Shown here: positions 30,148-42,276 of the stretch, in pieces
Position numbering within the stretch: position 1 is the first letter of the stretch
Layout of the letters: each line of letters begins with the position of its first letter
Assembly: GCA_963809485.1 (NCBI GenBank)
Contig: CAWEJX010000001.1
Location: 1 to 64,000 of the forward strand
Direction of reading: 5' to 3'
DNA from: an uncultured Acidobacteriota bacterium
Lineage (GTDB): Bacteria; Acidobacteriota; UBA6911
Length of the DNA stretch: 64,000 nucleotides
Made by a program: the position numbers and the translations under genes
The notes under the pieces: generated by a model
Told to the model about the DNA's origin: nothing
What the model saw: the letters and a program-made list of their open reading frames with translations, nothing else
The model's database searches: none

Positions 30148-30447
30148 CTAAGACGCAGGCGGCTTGACCGCCGTAGTTTTTTCGGCCACCTTCGTGGTGT
30201 GCCCCTTGAAGATGCGGGTCGGAGCAAACTCCCCAAGCTTGTGGCTGACCATGTTTTCCGAAATATAAATGGGGATGAACTTCTTGCCGTTGTGCACGGC
30301 TATCGTCAGGCCAACCATCTCCGGCGTGATCGTCGAGCGCCGGGACCAGGTCTTGATTACGGTCCGGCTTCCCGCTCCGGAAGAGGATTTCACCTTCTTA
30401 AGAAAGTGTTCATCTACAAAAGGTCCTTTTTTTACTGATCGGGTCAT
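30148..30447 (-). CDS. rpsS: 30S ribosomal protein S19
   Basis: [27 protein letters not shown]. Confidence 0.98.
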   Translation of the reverse strand: MTRSVKKGPFVDEHFLKKVKSSSGAGSRTVIKTWSRRSTITPEMVGLTIAVHNGKKFIPIYISENMVSHKLGEFAPTRIFKGHTTKVAEKTTAVKPPAS

Positions 30448-30455
30448 GCTGCTCC

Positions 30456-31283
30456 CTACTTACCCCGGCGCTTGATGATGAAGCGCTGGGTGCGTTTATT
30501 GTTCCTGGTTTTATAACCTTTCGTCGGCACTCCCCAGGGACTGACGGGGTGTCTTCCTCCGGAGGTCTTTCCTTCACCGCCGCCGTGAGGGTGATCGATC
30601 GGGTTCATGACCACGCCGCGTACCGTGGGGCGTTTCCCCAGCCAGCGGCTGCGGCCTGCCTTGCCGATCGACACGTTCTCATAATTAAGGTTGCCCACCT
30701 GCCCGATTGTAGCGTAGCAATCAAGGTGCACCATCCGCGTCTCGCCGGACGGCATCTTGATCTGGGCATATCCGGCTTCCTTGGCCAGCAGCTGCGCGGC
30801 AGTGCCGGCCGACCGTGCCATCTGCCCGCCTTTTCCCTCCTTCAGCTCGATGTTGTGAATCATCGTGCCCAGGGGGATGTTTTTGAGCGGTAGGGAGTTG
30901 CCAACAAGTATGTCCGCGGATTCGCCGGCTACCACCGACGTTCCGACAGCCAGGCCGTCGGGCGCCAGAATATAGCGCTTCTCACCATCCGCGTATGCCA
31001 GCAGCGCAATGCGGGCGGACCGGTTCGGGTCGTATTCCAGCTGCACAACCCTGGCCGGGATCTCCCGCTTATCGCGCCGGAAGTCGATGATGCGATATAG
31101 TTTCTTGTGCCCGCCCCCTCTGTGGCGCACCGTGAGCCGTCCCTTGTTGTTGCGCCCCGAAATTCGCTGTTTGGACCGGGTAAGGCGCTTGAGCGGGCGA
31201 TCGGTTGAGAGTTCCGAATTGTCTAAGGTCGTCCGGAACCGTATCGCCGGTGATGTTGGATTATAGGTCTTAATAGAGGACAT
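30456..31283 (-). CDS. rplB: 50S ribosomal protein L2
   Basis: [21 protein letters not shown]. Confidence 0.98.
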   Translation of the reverse strand: MSSIKTYNPTSPAIRFRTTLDNSELSTDRPLKRLTRSKQRISGRNNKGRLTVRHRGGGHKKLYRIIDFRRDKREIPARVVQLEYDPNRSARIALLAYADGEKRYILAPDGLAVGTSVVAGESADILVGNSLPLKNIPLGTMIHNIELKEGKGGQMARSAGTAAQLLAKEAGYAQIKMPSGETRMVHLDCYATIGQVGNLNYENVSIGKAGRSRWLGKRPTVRGVVMNPIDHPHGGGEGKTSGGRHPVSPWGVPTKGYKTRNNKRTQRFIIKRRGK

Positions 31284-31304
31284 GATTTCGCCCAGCTCCC
31301 ACTT

Positions 31305-31598
31305 TTATACTGTGTCGGAGAATTCAATCATTTTTTCGCCGGCCTTGAGCGTGACATAAGCCTTCTTCCAGTCCGGCCTGCGTCCGGTGTAGCGGCCCTG
31401 GCGGCGCTTCTTCCCATGGAAGGTCGCCGTTCTCACGCTTTGGACTTTTACCTTAAAAATCTTCTCGACGGCGTCCTTGATTTCTATCTTGTTGGCATCA
31501 CGCAAGACCTTGAACGCAACCGTCCGGAGGTTCTCCTTGACATGCGTGCTTTTCTCGGTGATGACGGGGAGCTTTAATACGCTTTCTCTTCGGTTCAT
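31305..31598 (-). CDS. rplW: 50S ribosomal protein L23
   Basis: PVITEKS, ANKIEIK.AVE, WKKAYVTL. Confidence 0.97.
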   Translation of the reverse strand: MNRRESVLKLPVITEKSTHVKENLRTVAFKVLRDANKIEIKDAVEKIFKVKVQSVRTATFHGKKRRQGRYTGRRPDWKKAYVTLKAGEKMIEFSDTV

Positions 31599-32221
31599 CG
31601 GCTTAAAACCTCCTGCACCTGGAGGATCGAATCCCGGGAAAACAGCAGGGTATTGCTGTTCACGACGTCGAAAATATTCACCGCGGAGCCGGAAACCAGC
31701 TTGACCTTCGGCAGATTGCGTGACGAAAGCGAAAGGTTTTTATTTTCGCCGGCATTCACGATAAGCACCTTGCCCGTGGCACCGAGACCCGCGAGGATCT
31801 TTTGAAAATCCCTGGTCTTGGCGGTTTCCAACTGCAGCGCTTCAATCACCGCGAGCGCGTTCTCGCTGAGCTTGGCAGAAAGAGCCGATCGCATTGCGCC
31901 CTGGAGCTTCCTGCGCGGAAAGCTGTACGTGTAGCTTCTCGGCTGCGGCCCATGCACGGTTCCGCCATGTCTCCACAAAGGGCTCCGTATGCTGCCGACG
32001 CGTGCGCGACCCGTCCCCTTCTGGCGCCACAATTTCTTCCCGCTTCCGCTTACCGAGCCGCGGACCTTGGTTGAAGCCGTTCCGGCTCGAAGCGAGTCAT
32101 TGTAGTGCTTCACCGCTTCCCAAATAAGGGCTTCGTTGAACTCTGCCTTGAATACGGCATCGGAGAGCTCCATCTTGCCAACAACCTCATTGGAAAGGTT
32201 TTTTACTTCAATCTCCGCCAT
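31595..32221 (-). CDS. rplD: 50S ribosomal protein L4
   Basis: WRQKGTGRAR.GS.RSP.W..GG..HGP. Confidence 0.97.
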   Translation of the reverse strand: MAEIEVKNLSNEVVGKMELSDAVFKAEFNEALIWEAVKHYNDSLRAGTASTKVRGSVSGSGKKLWRQKGTGRARVGSIRSPLWRHGGTVHGPQPRSYTYSFPRRKLQGAMRSALSAKLSENALAVIEALQLETAKTRDFQKILAGLGATGKVLIVNAGENKNLSLSSRNLPKVKLVSGSAVNIFDVVNSNTLLFSRDSILQVQEVLSR

Positions 32222-32241
32222 TACCAACCTCTCAACACAAG

Positions 32242-32326
32242 AATTACGAATGACGAATTACGAATGACGAGTGGAAACCATTTAGGATGATTTTCATTCG
32301 CAATTCGTAATTCGTCATTCGTCATT
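32242..32326. repeat. inverted heptamer-repeat hairpin between rplC and rplD
   Basis: (AT[T/G]ACGA)x4 ... (TCG[T/C][A/C]AT)x4 with a ~25-bp loop. Confidence 0.88.
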
Positions 32327-32328
32327 TG

Positions 32329-32958
32329 TTACGCCTTCCGGACTACCACGTATCCGCCATTGCGGCCGGGGATCGCTCCCTTAACCAGAAGCAGATTCTC
32401 CTGCTCTTTAATGCCGACGACTCTAAGGTTTTGCGTGGTGACGTTTTCGTCTCCCATGTGGCCGGCCGCGCGCATCCCGGGCAGAACTCGGCTGGGATAG
32501 GCCGACGCACCGATGGACCCCGGAGCACGGTGGAACATGGATCCGTGGGTGGCCGCGCCGCCGCCGAAATGGTGGCGTTTGATGACACCGGCGAAGCCCT
32601 TGCCCTTGCTTCTTCCAAGGACATCGACCTTGTCGTTCATCTTAAATACCTGGCTGACCAGGAGCTGCTCCCCGACCTTGGGGGATTCGCCTCCATCTCC
32701 GGAACGGAACTCCTGCAGAACGCGGCAGGCAGGGACTCCGGCTTTTTTAAAATGCCCCGCCCTGGGCTTGTTGACGCGCGAGGGCCGGATAAATTCGACG
32801 AGACCCACCTGAACCGCTTCGTAACCATCCCTGTCTTTGGTTTTGCTCTGAATAACGACGCAGGGGCCGGCTTTGATTACCGTAACCGGAGTGACGGTCC
32901 CGCGTTCGTCGAAAACCTGGGTCATCCCCACTTTTATTCCGATCAGTCCATCCACCAT
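32329..32958 (-). CDS. rplC: 50S ribosomal protein L3
   Basis: [31 protein letters not shown]. Confidence 0.97.
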   Translation of the reverse strand: MVDGLIGIKVGMTQVFDERGTVTPVTVIKAGPCVVIQSKTKDRDGYEAVQVGLVEFIRPSRVNKPRAGHFKKAGVPACRVLQEFRSGDGGESPKVGEQLLVSQVFKMNDKVDVLGRSKGKGFAGVIKRHHFGGGAATHGSMFHRAPGSIGASAYPSRVLPGMRAAGHMGDENVTTQNLRVVGIKEQENLLLVKGAIPGRNGGYVVVRKA

Positions 32959-32966
32959 ATCAAATC

Positions 32967-32994
32967 CCCGTTTCCCGTTTCCCGTTTCCCGTTT
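32967..32994. repeat. tandem heptamer (CCCGTTT)x4
   Basis: exact tandem copies in the rpsJ-rplC spacer. Confidence 0.9.
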
Positions 32995-33053
32995 CCGGTC
33001 ATATTTCTTCAACCCTGAGCAGGGAGGACTGGACGGGGGAACGTATTTTATGA

Positions 33054-33380
33054 CTACTTATGTTCGGTGCCGAAAGCCTTGATTTCGACGTCGATCGCCG
33101 CCGGCAGATCCAATTTCATCAATGCATCGACCGTCTGCGGGGTGGGCTCCAAAATGTCCACCAGACGTTTGTGCGTCCGTATCTCGAACTGCTCCCGCGA
33201 TTTCTTATCCACATGGGGGGAGCGGAGGACGCAGAATTTGTTCTTTACCGTAGGCAACGGAATGGGGCCTGAAACCCGGGATCCGGTGCGTTTGGCAATC
33301 TCAACGATTTCAGAGGTGGATTGATCCAGCACTCTGTAGTCGTAAGCTTTCAGCCTGATTCTTATCTTTTCATTCAACAT
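33054..33380 (-). CDS. rpsJ: 30S ribosomal protein S10
   Basis: [29 protein letters not shown]. Confidence 0.98.
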   Translation of the reverse strand: MLNEKIRIRLKAYDYRVLDQSTSEIVEIAKRTGSRVSGPIPLPTVKNKFCVLRSPHVDKKSREQFEIRTHKRLVDILEPTPQTVDALMKLDLPAAIDVEIKAFGTEHK

Positions 33381-33391
33381 GATTGATCCGC

Positions 33392-34579
<1,188 letters not shown>

Positions 34580-34593
34580 ATTTCCCTCCGAAC

Positions 34594-36687
34594 CTAAAAA
34601 CCCGACGACTTTCCACGGATCTTCGAGATCACTTCTTCACTGACTGCCTTGGGCGCTTCCTCGTAGTGAGAAAAGTGCATGGAGTAAGTTGCCCGACCCT
34701 GTGTCATGGAACGCAGGTCCGTCGAATAACCGAACATCTCCGAAAGCGGGACCTTGCATTGAATGATGGTTGAACCGAGGCGCGCCTCGGTTGATTCAAC
34801 CCGTCCCCTGCGTGCATGCAGGTCGCCCGTGACGCTTCCCATAAACTCTTCAGGCACTACGACTTCAACCTTCATCATCGGTTCCAGAAGCACAGGTTTC
34901 GCGCGCTTGGCGGCTTCTTTCAGCGCCATGGAACCGGCGATTTTGAAGGCCATTTCCGAAGAGTCCACTTCGTGGTAGGAGCCATCTATCAGCGTTACCT
35001 TTACGTCCACCACCTCAAATCCGGCGAGGACTCCGGTTTCGAGAGCCTGCCGGACGCCTTCTTCCACCGGGGCAATATACTCGCGCGGGATTGCACCCCC
35101 GACTATCTCGCTGAGAAACTCGATTCCGCTTCCGGCCGGTTGCGGATCGAGGTTGATCTTCACATGGCCGTATTGACCCCGGCCGCCTGTCTGCCGGACA
35201 AATTTCCCCTCTGCCTCGGCATGCTGGCGAATGGTTTCACGATATGCGACCTGCGGCTTGCCGATATTCGCAGCTACCCCGAATTCCCGGACCATCCGGT
35301 CCACCAGGATTTCCAGGTGAAGCTCCCCCATGCCCGAGAGGATGGTTTGTCCCGTATCCGGGTCCGTGTGAACCCGGAACGTCGGATCCTCGCGGACCAG
35401 CTTGTCGAGCGATATGCCCAGTTTTTCCTGATCCGTCTTGGTTTTGGGCTCAATCGCGACGGAAATCACGGGCGCCGGAAATTCTATCGCTTCAAGTACG
35501 ATCGGGTGCTGTTTGTCACAGATCGTGTCCCCGGTGCTCACATTTTTTAAACCTACTGCCGCCGCGATGTCGCCGGCGTAAACTTCCTTGATCTCTTCAC
35601 GTTTATTGGCGTGCATCTTCAGCAAACGTCCGATCCGCTCCGACGAATCCCGGGTGGAGTTGAATACACCGGTGCCGGATTTGAGCTGGCCGGAATAGAC
35701 CCGGAAGAAGGCCAGATGCCCGACAAAAGGGTCCGTCATAATCTTAAAAACCAGCCCCGAAAAAGGCTCATCGTCGGACACCCTTCGAACCGGCGGCTTG
35801 CTGCCGTTTTGCGTTACGCCCGTCACCGGAGGAACATCCAGCGGAGATGGGAGGAAGGCGACGATGGCATCCAGCAGCTGCTGAATCCCCTTGTTTTTAA
35901 AAGCCGATCCGCAGAGAACGGGGACAAATTTCAGCCCGATAGTCCCTTTGCGCAGGGCAGCCCGGATGTCCTCTTCGGAGATCTCGCTCGCATTCAGGTA
36001 TTTTTCGAGCAGCTGATCATCGACTTCCGAGGCAGCCTCGATCATCATGTCGCGGTACCTTAGCGATTCCTCGCGGTATTCCTCGGGAATGTCCTCGACC
36101 TCGAAATCGGCTCCGAGGGTTTCTTCCCGAAACGCTATGGCTTTTAGAGTGATCAGATCAATCACTCCCCGGAACTCATCCTCAGTACCCAGCGGGATCT
36201 GAACTGCCACGGGAACGGAATTCAGGCGCATGCGCATCATCTGCAGCACCCGCGGGAAGTCAGCTCCGGGGCGATCCATCTTGTTCACGAATCCGATGCG
36301 CGGAACCCGGTATTTGTCTGCCTGGCGCCAAACGGTTTCCGACTGCGGTTCCACCCCCTCGACAGATCCGAAAAGGGCAACCGCGCCATCCAGGACGCGA
36401 AGGCTTCGCTCGACCTCGGCCGTGAAATCGACATGGCCGGGAGTATCGATGATGTTTATCCTGTGATCCTCCCAGTAACAGGTTGTGGCCGCTGAGGTTA
36501 TGGTGATTCCCCGCTCCTGCTCCTGCTCCATCCAGTCCATGGTCGCAGTGCCTTCGTGCACTTCGCCCAGCTTGTGTGTAATGCCCGTATAATAGAGAAT
36601 TCGCTCCGTAGTCGTGGTCTTGCCGGCATCGATATGGGCCATGATGCCGATATTGCGAATTTGTTCCAGGGGTACAGAGCGAGTCAC
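34594..36687 (-). CDS. fusA: elongation factor G
   Basis: [30 protein letters not shown]. Confidence 0.99.
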   Translation of the reverse strand: MTRSVPLEQIRNIGIMAHIDAGKTTTTERILYYTGITHKLGEVHEGTATMDWMEQEQERGITITSAATTCYWEDHRINIIDTPGHVDFTAEVERSLRVLDGAVALFGSVEGVEPQSETVWRQADKYRVPRIGFVNKMDRPGADFPRVLQMMRMRLNSVPVAVQIPLGTEDEFRGVIDLITLKAIAFREETLGADFEVEDIPEEYREESLRYRDMMIEAASEVDDQLLEKYLNASEISEEDIRAALRKGTIGLKFVPVLCGSAFKNKGIQQLLDAIVAFLPSPLDVPPVTGVTQNGSKPPVRRVSDDEPFSGLVFKIMTDPFVGHLAFFRVYSGQLKSGTGVFNSTRDSSERIGRLLKMHANKREEIKEVYAGDIAAAVGLKNVSTGDTICDKQHPIVLEAIEFPAPVISVAIEPKTKTDQEKLGISLDKLVREDPTFRVHTDPDTGQTILSGMGELHLEILVDRMVREFGVAANIGKPQVAYRETIRQHAEAEGKFVRQTGGRGQYGHVKINLDPQPAGSGIEFLSEIVGGAIPREYIAPVEEGVRQALETGVLAGFEVVDVKVTLIDGSYHEVDSSEMAFKIAGSMALKEAAKRAKPVLLEPMMKVEVVVPEEFMGSVTGDLHARRGRVESTEARLGSTIIQCKVPLSEMFGYSTDLRSMTQGRATYSMHFSHYEEAPKAVSEEVISKIRGKSSGF

Positions 36688-36699
36688 GGAGAAACCTCA

Positions 36700-37170
36700 C
36701 TACCAACGGTAATGGGCGAAAGCCTTGTTCGCTTCCGCCATGCGATGCGTATCCTCTTTTTTCTTGATGGCCCCGCCTCGATTATTGGAGGCATCCAGTA
36801 TCTCGGCTGCCAGCTTCTCCCGCATGGTTTTTTCGCCACGCGCCCGCGCGTTGGAGATAATCCAACGAATCGAAAGTGACGTCCTCCGGTCCTGCGGCAC
36901 CTCTATCGGAACCTGATAGGTCGCACCGCCCACACGCCGGGATTTCACCTCCAGGATCGGCTTTACATTTTCGAGGGCCTTTTTGAAAACCTTGACAGGG
37001 TCCTCTTTGGCACGATCTTTGACCAAATCGAGACTGCCGTAAAAGGCTCCTTCCGCGACGCTCTTCTTACCCTGGACCATCATGCAGTTGATGAACTTGG
37101 TGATGAGCGTACTTCCATAGGCCGGATCCGGCAGCGTCTCTCGTTTCGGTACTTCTCTTCGCCTCGGCAT
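36700..37170 (-). CDS. rpsG: 30S ribosomal protein S7
   Basis: [30 protein letters not shown]. Confidence 0.98.
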   Translation of the reverse strand: MPRRREVPKRETLPDPAYGSTLITKFINCMMVQGKKSVAEGAFYGSLDLVKDRAKEDPVKVFKKALENVKPILEVKSRRVGGATYQVPIEVPQDRRTSLSIRWIISNARARGEKTMREKLAAEILDASNNRGGAIKKKEDTHRMAEANKAFAHYRW

Positions 37171-37325
37171 ACTAAAGATCTCCCAAAGCCCTGCTGGTAC
37201 TCATTAACTTTATAGGGTGAGGATGCTCCACCGAGAGCGAATCTTGTCGGCTTCTGGCAGGCGCCGTTGCAGATTCTCGGCGGGCGCGAATCGCTCACCC
37301 CTGAACAATAGATATGAAGAAGTGA

Positions 37326-37700
37326 TTAGCTTTTAGGCCGCTTGGCACCATATTTCGAGCGGGAATTTTTCCGATCCTGCACTCCGACAGAATCCAATGT
37401 TCCCCGCACCACATGGTACCGAACCCCGGGGAGGTCCTTGACACGTCCGCCGCGAATTAACACGATGGAGTGTTCCTGCAGGTTGTGACCGATCCCTGGA
37501 ATATAGGTTGTAACCTCTATTCCGTTGGTAAGCCGGACACGCGCAACTTTACGTAGGGCGGAATTTGGCTTTTTGGGCGTCGATGTATACACCCTGGTGC
37601 ACACGCCTCTACGCTGAGGACTCCCCTGCAAAGCCGGACTCTTCGTCTTATAACGAATCTTCTTTCGGCCAGATCGTACCAGCTGATTGAAGGTCGGCAA
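37326..37700 (-). CDS. rpsL: 30S ribosomal protein S12
   Basis: [23 protein letters not shown]. Confidence 0.99.
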   Translation of the reverse strand: MPTFNQLVRSGRKKIRYKTKSPALQGSPQRRGVCTRVYTSTPKKPNSALRKVARVRLTNGIEVTTYIPGIGHNLQEHSIVLIRGGRVKDLPGVRYHVVRGTLDSVGVQDRKNSRSKYGAKRPKS

Positions 37701-37796
37701 ACTATGCTCTCCTTATATTTAAGTCCCGCGTGGATAGGAATATCTCTCACAATAAAGCATCCCCGGACCACGCCTGATTCAGCGAAAAACCTGACG

Positions 37797-37825
37797 ACTA
37801 TAGCAAACCCTCAGAATCGTGTCAA
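37797..37825 (-). promoter_or_regulatory. sigma70 promoter of the str/ribosomal operon
   Basis: TTGACA-17 bp-TATAGT on the minus strand, ~100 bp upstream of rpsL. Confidence 0.8.
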
Positions 37826-38063
37826 GCAAATGAAATATTTGAAGATTCTTTGAATCGCGGAACCGATTTCCAGTCCCTGATCCCGAGGTCGATTGCAGGC
37901 GGAATTGGCCGGTCCACGGGCAACCCAGAAACCTGAGGCCGGATAAAACCAGCCCCGGCGAATATAAAAAACCACAAATTGAGGCCTGAGATGACGGTAT
38001 ATCTGCTTGGCAACGCGGATTACGAGATGAAGCGTCGGATCAGCAAAAAAGCAAAATGGCGTC

Positions 38064-39212
38064 CTAAAGACTTTCAATGGCGGATTTCATCCGGTCAAGG
38101 GCCAGAATCAGGCGCCGGCGGGGACAGGCGAAATTCAAGCGGACATAATTTTCGCCCCCTTTGCCGAAGTCCGCGCCGTCGCTCAGTGCAACCTGCGATT
38201 TTTCCAGGAAAAATTTTGCGGCATTTCCCGGGATGCCCGCCTTTCGGCAATCCAGCCAGGCCATATATGTGCCTTCCACTTTGCACATCCCGATTTCCGG
38301 CATTTTCCCGCGAACGTACTCGAGCAGGAAATCCCGGTTCCCCTGCAGATACACCAGGACCTGCTCCAGCCATTCATGGCCTTCGCTGTATCCTGCCGCG
38401 GCAGCCACAATGCCCATCAGATTGACTCCCGGGAGGGTGCCATGGCTGATATTCCTCCAGGCCCTGCGCAACTCCGCATTCTTGATCAGGGCAAATCCGC
38501 ACTCCAGACCGGCCACGTTGTAGGTCTTGCTCGGAGCCATCAACGTCACGGTCCTGTCCTCCACTTCGGGACCCAGAGCGGCAATCGGGATGTGGTGATA
38601 GGGCGGATAGACCAGATCGCAGTGAATTTCATCGGAACATACTATCAGCCGCCGGCGCAGGCAGATTTCGGCGATTTTCTCCAATTCCGGCTTCGTATAT
38701 ACGCGTCCTACAGGATTGTGTGGATTGCACAGAACAAAAATCCGCGTTGCTTCAGTAATGGCGTTTTCGAAAAGTTCAAAATCGATTTCATAGCTATCGC
38801 CATTCCTGACCAGAGGAGGGTCCTGGAGGATTCTGCCGTGTTCTGCCGGGTCCCGCAGGATCGGGAAGTAAAGAGGAGGCTGGGCCAGGACTCCTTCACC
38901 CGGCGCGGCGAACGCCTGAAACGCAACGTTAAGGCCCGGCACAATCCCGGGAAGGAACTGTATTTGCGGCTCGTCCACAATCCAGTCATAAAGTTTTTTC
39001 ATCCTGTCCGTCAGTACGCCGGCCAGTTTCCGTGGCAGTCCATAACCGAAAACCCCGTGATCAACCCTCGCGTGCAACGCCTCAATTACGGGCTCGGGAG
39101 ATCTGAAGTCCATATCCGCAATCCACAGGGGTATGACATTTTCGGGATGAACTCCCCACTTGATGCTATCCGTGCCTCTCCGCTCTATGTCCTGATCAAA
39201 GTCGTATTTCAC
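38064..39212 (-). CDS. MalY/PatB-family PLP enzyme (cystathionine beta-lyase)
   Basis: R.GTDSIKW, PLWIADMDF, LCNPHNPVGR, SDEIH.D, APSKTYN; GTG start chosen over the longer ORF that overlaps ssb. Confidence 0.92.
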   Translation of the reverse strand: MKYDFDQDIERRGTDSIKWGVHPENVIPLWIADMDFRSPEPVIEALHARVDHGVFGYGLPRKLAGVLTDRMKKLYDWIVDEPQIQFLPGIVPGLNVAFQAFAAPGEGVLAQPPLYFPILRDPAEHGRILQDPPLVRNGDSYEIDFELFENAITEATRIFVLCNPHNPVGRVYTKPELEKIAEICLRRRLIVCSDEIHCDLVYPPYHHIPIAALGPEVEDRTVTLMAPSKTYNVAGLECGFALIKNAELRRAWRNISHGTLPGVNLMGIVAAAAGYSEGHEWLEQVLVYLQGNRDFLLEYVRGKMPEIGMCKVEGTYMAWLDCRKAGIPGNAAKFFLEKSQVALSDGADFGKGGENYVRLNFACPRRRLILALDRMKSAIESL

Positions 39213-39324
39213 GGCGCCAGCATACAGGCCGCAGGTTGGAGGATGCAAGCGACAGGTCCGCAACCTGAAGAATTTTTCGCTCAACCGCAACCCCGGTCCA
39301 TTAGGTAAGCAAGGAGGATCTAGC

Positions 39325-39702
39325 ATGGGAACGATGAATAAGGTCATACTGATCGGCCGGTTGGGAAAAGATCCCGAGGAGCGGACCACGGCAGGAGGCA
39401 CTCGCGTATCGAGCTTCAGCCTGGCAACGGACAATTATCACGGCAGCAACGGCGAAAGAACCACCGACTGGCACCGAATAGTTGTGTTCGGCAAAATTGC
39501 AGAACAGTGCAACCAGTATCTGCGAAAGGGCCGTCTGGTCGGTGTCGAGGGTTCGCTGCAAACCCGTTGCTGGGAAAAATCCCCGGGAGAAAAACATTAT
39601 TTCACGGATGTCGTTGCTTCTCGCGTGACATTTCTCGATTCGAACGGCAGCAGGCCGCCTGTTCAGCAGGTGGCGGAAGAACACGAAGAGGAACCATTTT
39701 GA
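39325..39702 (+). CDS. ssb: single-stranded DNA-binding protein
   Basis: MNKVILIGRLGKDPE, TDWHRIVVFG, acidic EEEPF tail. Confidence 0.95.
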   Translation: MGTMNKVILIGRLGKDPEERTTAGGTRVSSFSLATDNYHGSNGERTTDWHRIVVFGKIAEQCNQYLRKGRLVGVEGSLQTRCWEKSPGEKHYFTDVVASRVTFLDSNGSRPPVQQVAEEHEEEPF

Positions 39703-39903
39703 GAGAGAGGCCCGGAACAGGCGGGTCGGCCGTCGCGATTAGCCGCCCTACCATGGCCTGACGTCCCATCCTGGTTGCCCGGCCGATGCCAGTCCGGCAA
39801 AAAATCCCGGTTCTGCTTCATTAACAAAAAGAAGGGGAGCAGAACAATCCTGGCCGGATTGCATCCTGCACAGAATGCTGGCGTTGTGATACAGTAAGGC
39901 ATC

Positions 39904-42159
39904 ATGGTAGCGGAAAAAGGGGCGCTTCCGGGGAAAAAACCGAAGAGGGCTTCGCCCTGGCTCTGGGCCTTTTTTGTATTTCTGATCTTTTGTTTCGTCG
40001 CTGCAGGAGCATTGATCGGAACGCTTGCAGGCTACCAGTACAACCTTCCCAAAATACAGAGCCTGGAAGACTATCGCCCCGACGTCATAACCGATGTCTA
40101 CTCTGACGACAGCAAGGTGATCGGCGAATTTGCCATTGAGCGAAGAATTGTCGCATCCCGCGACGAAATCCCCCACAATTTCGAGATGGCCATCGTCGCG
40201 GTCGAAGATGATCAGTTTTACCACCATTCCGGGATCAACTACTTCTCCAACATTCGGGCAATCTACAAAGACATCATCAGAATGAAGAAGTCGGAGGGGG
40301 CCAGCACCATTACACAACAACTGGCGCGCATGCTGCTTCGCAATTATGAGAAGACCTTCGACCGCAAGATCAAGGAACTGCTGATAGCCTGGAAGATAGA
40401 AAACCAGTACTCCAAACAGCAGATCCTCACGCTCTATGCCAATCTGCACAACATGGGACCCGGTATTTATGGAGTGGCTGCCGCCGCCGACTACTATTTC
40501 GGAAAGCCGCTCAAGGAACTCACGCTCGAAGAATGCGCAATGATTGCGGGGCTGCCGCGCAACCCGAGCGCATATTCCCCCCGCCTGCATCCGGCCGCTG
40601 CATTGGCAAGACGCAATTACGTGCTTGACCGAATGGCTGCGGAGCGCATGATCTCAGCCAGGACGGCAGCCGAAGCCAAACTAAAGCCGCTGATCCTCAA
40701 GCCTCCCGTGCATGACGATTCGGAAATCGCCCCGCATTTCCTGGAGTGGGTCCGCACATCTCTGGCCGCCCGATATTCGACCGACGAAATCTGGAGGAAG
40801 GGGATGCAGGTTTACACCACGCTCAACATCGATATGCAGAAGGCTGCTCGCAAAGCCCTTGCTGAAGGGCTGAGGAACTACGACAAGCGGCACGGATGGC
40901 GCGGCCCCATGGGCAATGTTCTGCAAATGCCCGGCGTCAATATCGACGGCTATCAGCATGCGGACTGGCGCGCCTTTCTCAATCCGGACGACATCGTCGT
41001 AGGGCTGGTGAAGGCCGTTGTGGATTCGGAGGCCGTCGTAAAGATCGGCAAGTACCAGGCCACCGTCGGCGCCAGGGAGATTGCGTGGACCAAGGCAAAA
41101 TCGCCTGCCCAGATCCTGAAGACCGGCGATCTGGCCTATTTCAAAATTGTTTCGCTGGACGATACCCATAAAACCGCTTCTCTCCTGCTGGAACAGCATC
41201 CGCTGGTGGAAGGCGCCGTCATCATTGTTGAGAACAAGACCGGCGAAATCAAGGCGATGGTGGGCGGCTACGATTTCGGGTCGAGCGAGTTCAATCGGGC
41301 AACTCAGGCAATGCGGCAGGTCGGATCGACTTTTAAACCGCTGGTTTATTCGGCGGCGCTCGAAAACGGAATGACGGCCGACAGCATCGTCTTGGACTCC
41401 CCCATAAGTTTCACCGACAGCCTCGGGCGAACATGGCGGCCGGGCAACTACGACGGCAAATTCAAGGGAGAGATAACGATCCGCCAGGCAATCACGGAAT
41501 CGCGCAATGTGCCGACCATAAAGGTGGCCTCGCAGTTGGGCATTAAAAACGTTGTGGTGATGGCCCGGCGATTCGGGCTCGGCGGCCCGCTGAGTCCCTA
41601 TTTGCCGCTTGCCCTGGGAGCGTGCGAAGCCACCCCCCTGGAAATGGCTTCCGCATTCACAGTCTTCCCCAATCTCGGGATTCAGGCCAAGCCCTATTTC
41701 ATACGGCGTGTGGAAGATTACGACCATGCACTGAAGGAAGAAAATGGGTCGCAAAGTCGCCCCGTGCTGGAACCCAAGATCGCGGAGCAGATGCTGCGTC
41801 TGCTGCAGGATGTGGTCCAGAGCGGTACTGCAACATCGGCAAAGTCGCTCAAATGGCCCGTGGGCGGGAAAACGGGAACCACGGACGATTTCACGGATGC
41901 ATGGTTCGTGGGCTTTTCACCCTCCATCACCGCTGCAGTCTGGGTTGGTTTTGACGAAAAAAAGACGCTGGGAGCCAGGGAATCCGGAGCCGTGGCAGCG
42001 TTGCCGATATGGATCAATTGCATGCGGGAAATACTGAAGGATAAGCCGATGGAGTCTTTCGCTGCGGCGGAACCGGCGGGCCCGGTCATCGACGATTCCT
42101 CGGATTCTCCAGGCTCCAAAAGCCTTTACATCGAAGACCTCCCCGTCACCAAACCATAA
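39904..42159 (+). CDS. class A penicillin-binding protein 1A
   Basis: EDDQFY.H.G, GASTITQQLA; SxxK (STFK), SxN (SRN), KTGT. Confidence 0.95.
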   Translation: MVAEKGALPGKKPKRASPWLWAFFVFLIFCFVAAGALIGTLAGYQYNLPKIQSLEDYRPDVITDVYSDDSKVIGEFAIERRIVASRDEIPHNFEMAIVAVEDDQFYHHSGINYFSNIRAIYKDIIRMKKSEGASTITQQLARMLLRNYEKTFDRKIKELLIAWKIENQYSKQQILTLYANLHNMGPGIYGVAAAADYYFGKPLKELTLEECAMIAGLPRNPSAYSPRLHPAAALARRNYVLDRMAAERMISARTAAEAKLKPLILKPPVHDDSEIAPHFLEWVRTSLAARYSTDEIWRKGMQVYTTLNIDMQKAARKALAEGLRNYDKRHGWRGPMGNVLQMPGVNIDGYQHADWRAFLNPDDIVVGLVKAVVDSEAVVKIGKYQATVGAREIAWTKAKSPAQILKTGDLAYFKIVSLDDTHKTASLLLEQHPLVEGAVIIVENKTGEIKAMVGGYDFGSSEFNRATQAMRQVGSTFKPLVYSAALENGMTADSIVLDSPISFTDSLGRTWRPGNYDGKFKGEITIRQAITESRNVPTIKVASQLGIKNVVVMARRFGLGGPLSPYLPLALGACEATPLEMASAFTVFPNLGIQAKPYFIRRVEDYDHALKEENGSQSRPVLEPKIAEQMLRLLQDVVQSGTATSAKSLKWPVGGKTGTTDDFTDAWFVGFSPSITAAVWVGFDEKKTLGARESGAVAALPIWINCMREILKDKPMESFAAAEPAGPVIDDSSDSPGSKSLYIEDLPVTKP

Positions 42160-42276
42160 TTACGATTTACGGATGACGAATTACGAATTTCAACATACAT
42201 TGCGATGGGCGTCGAGGTTCGGGACAAATCGCCGAGGAACAACGAACCGCATTCAATTCGTCATTCGTATTTCGGT

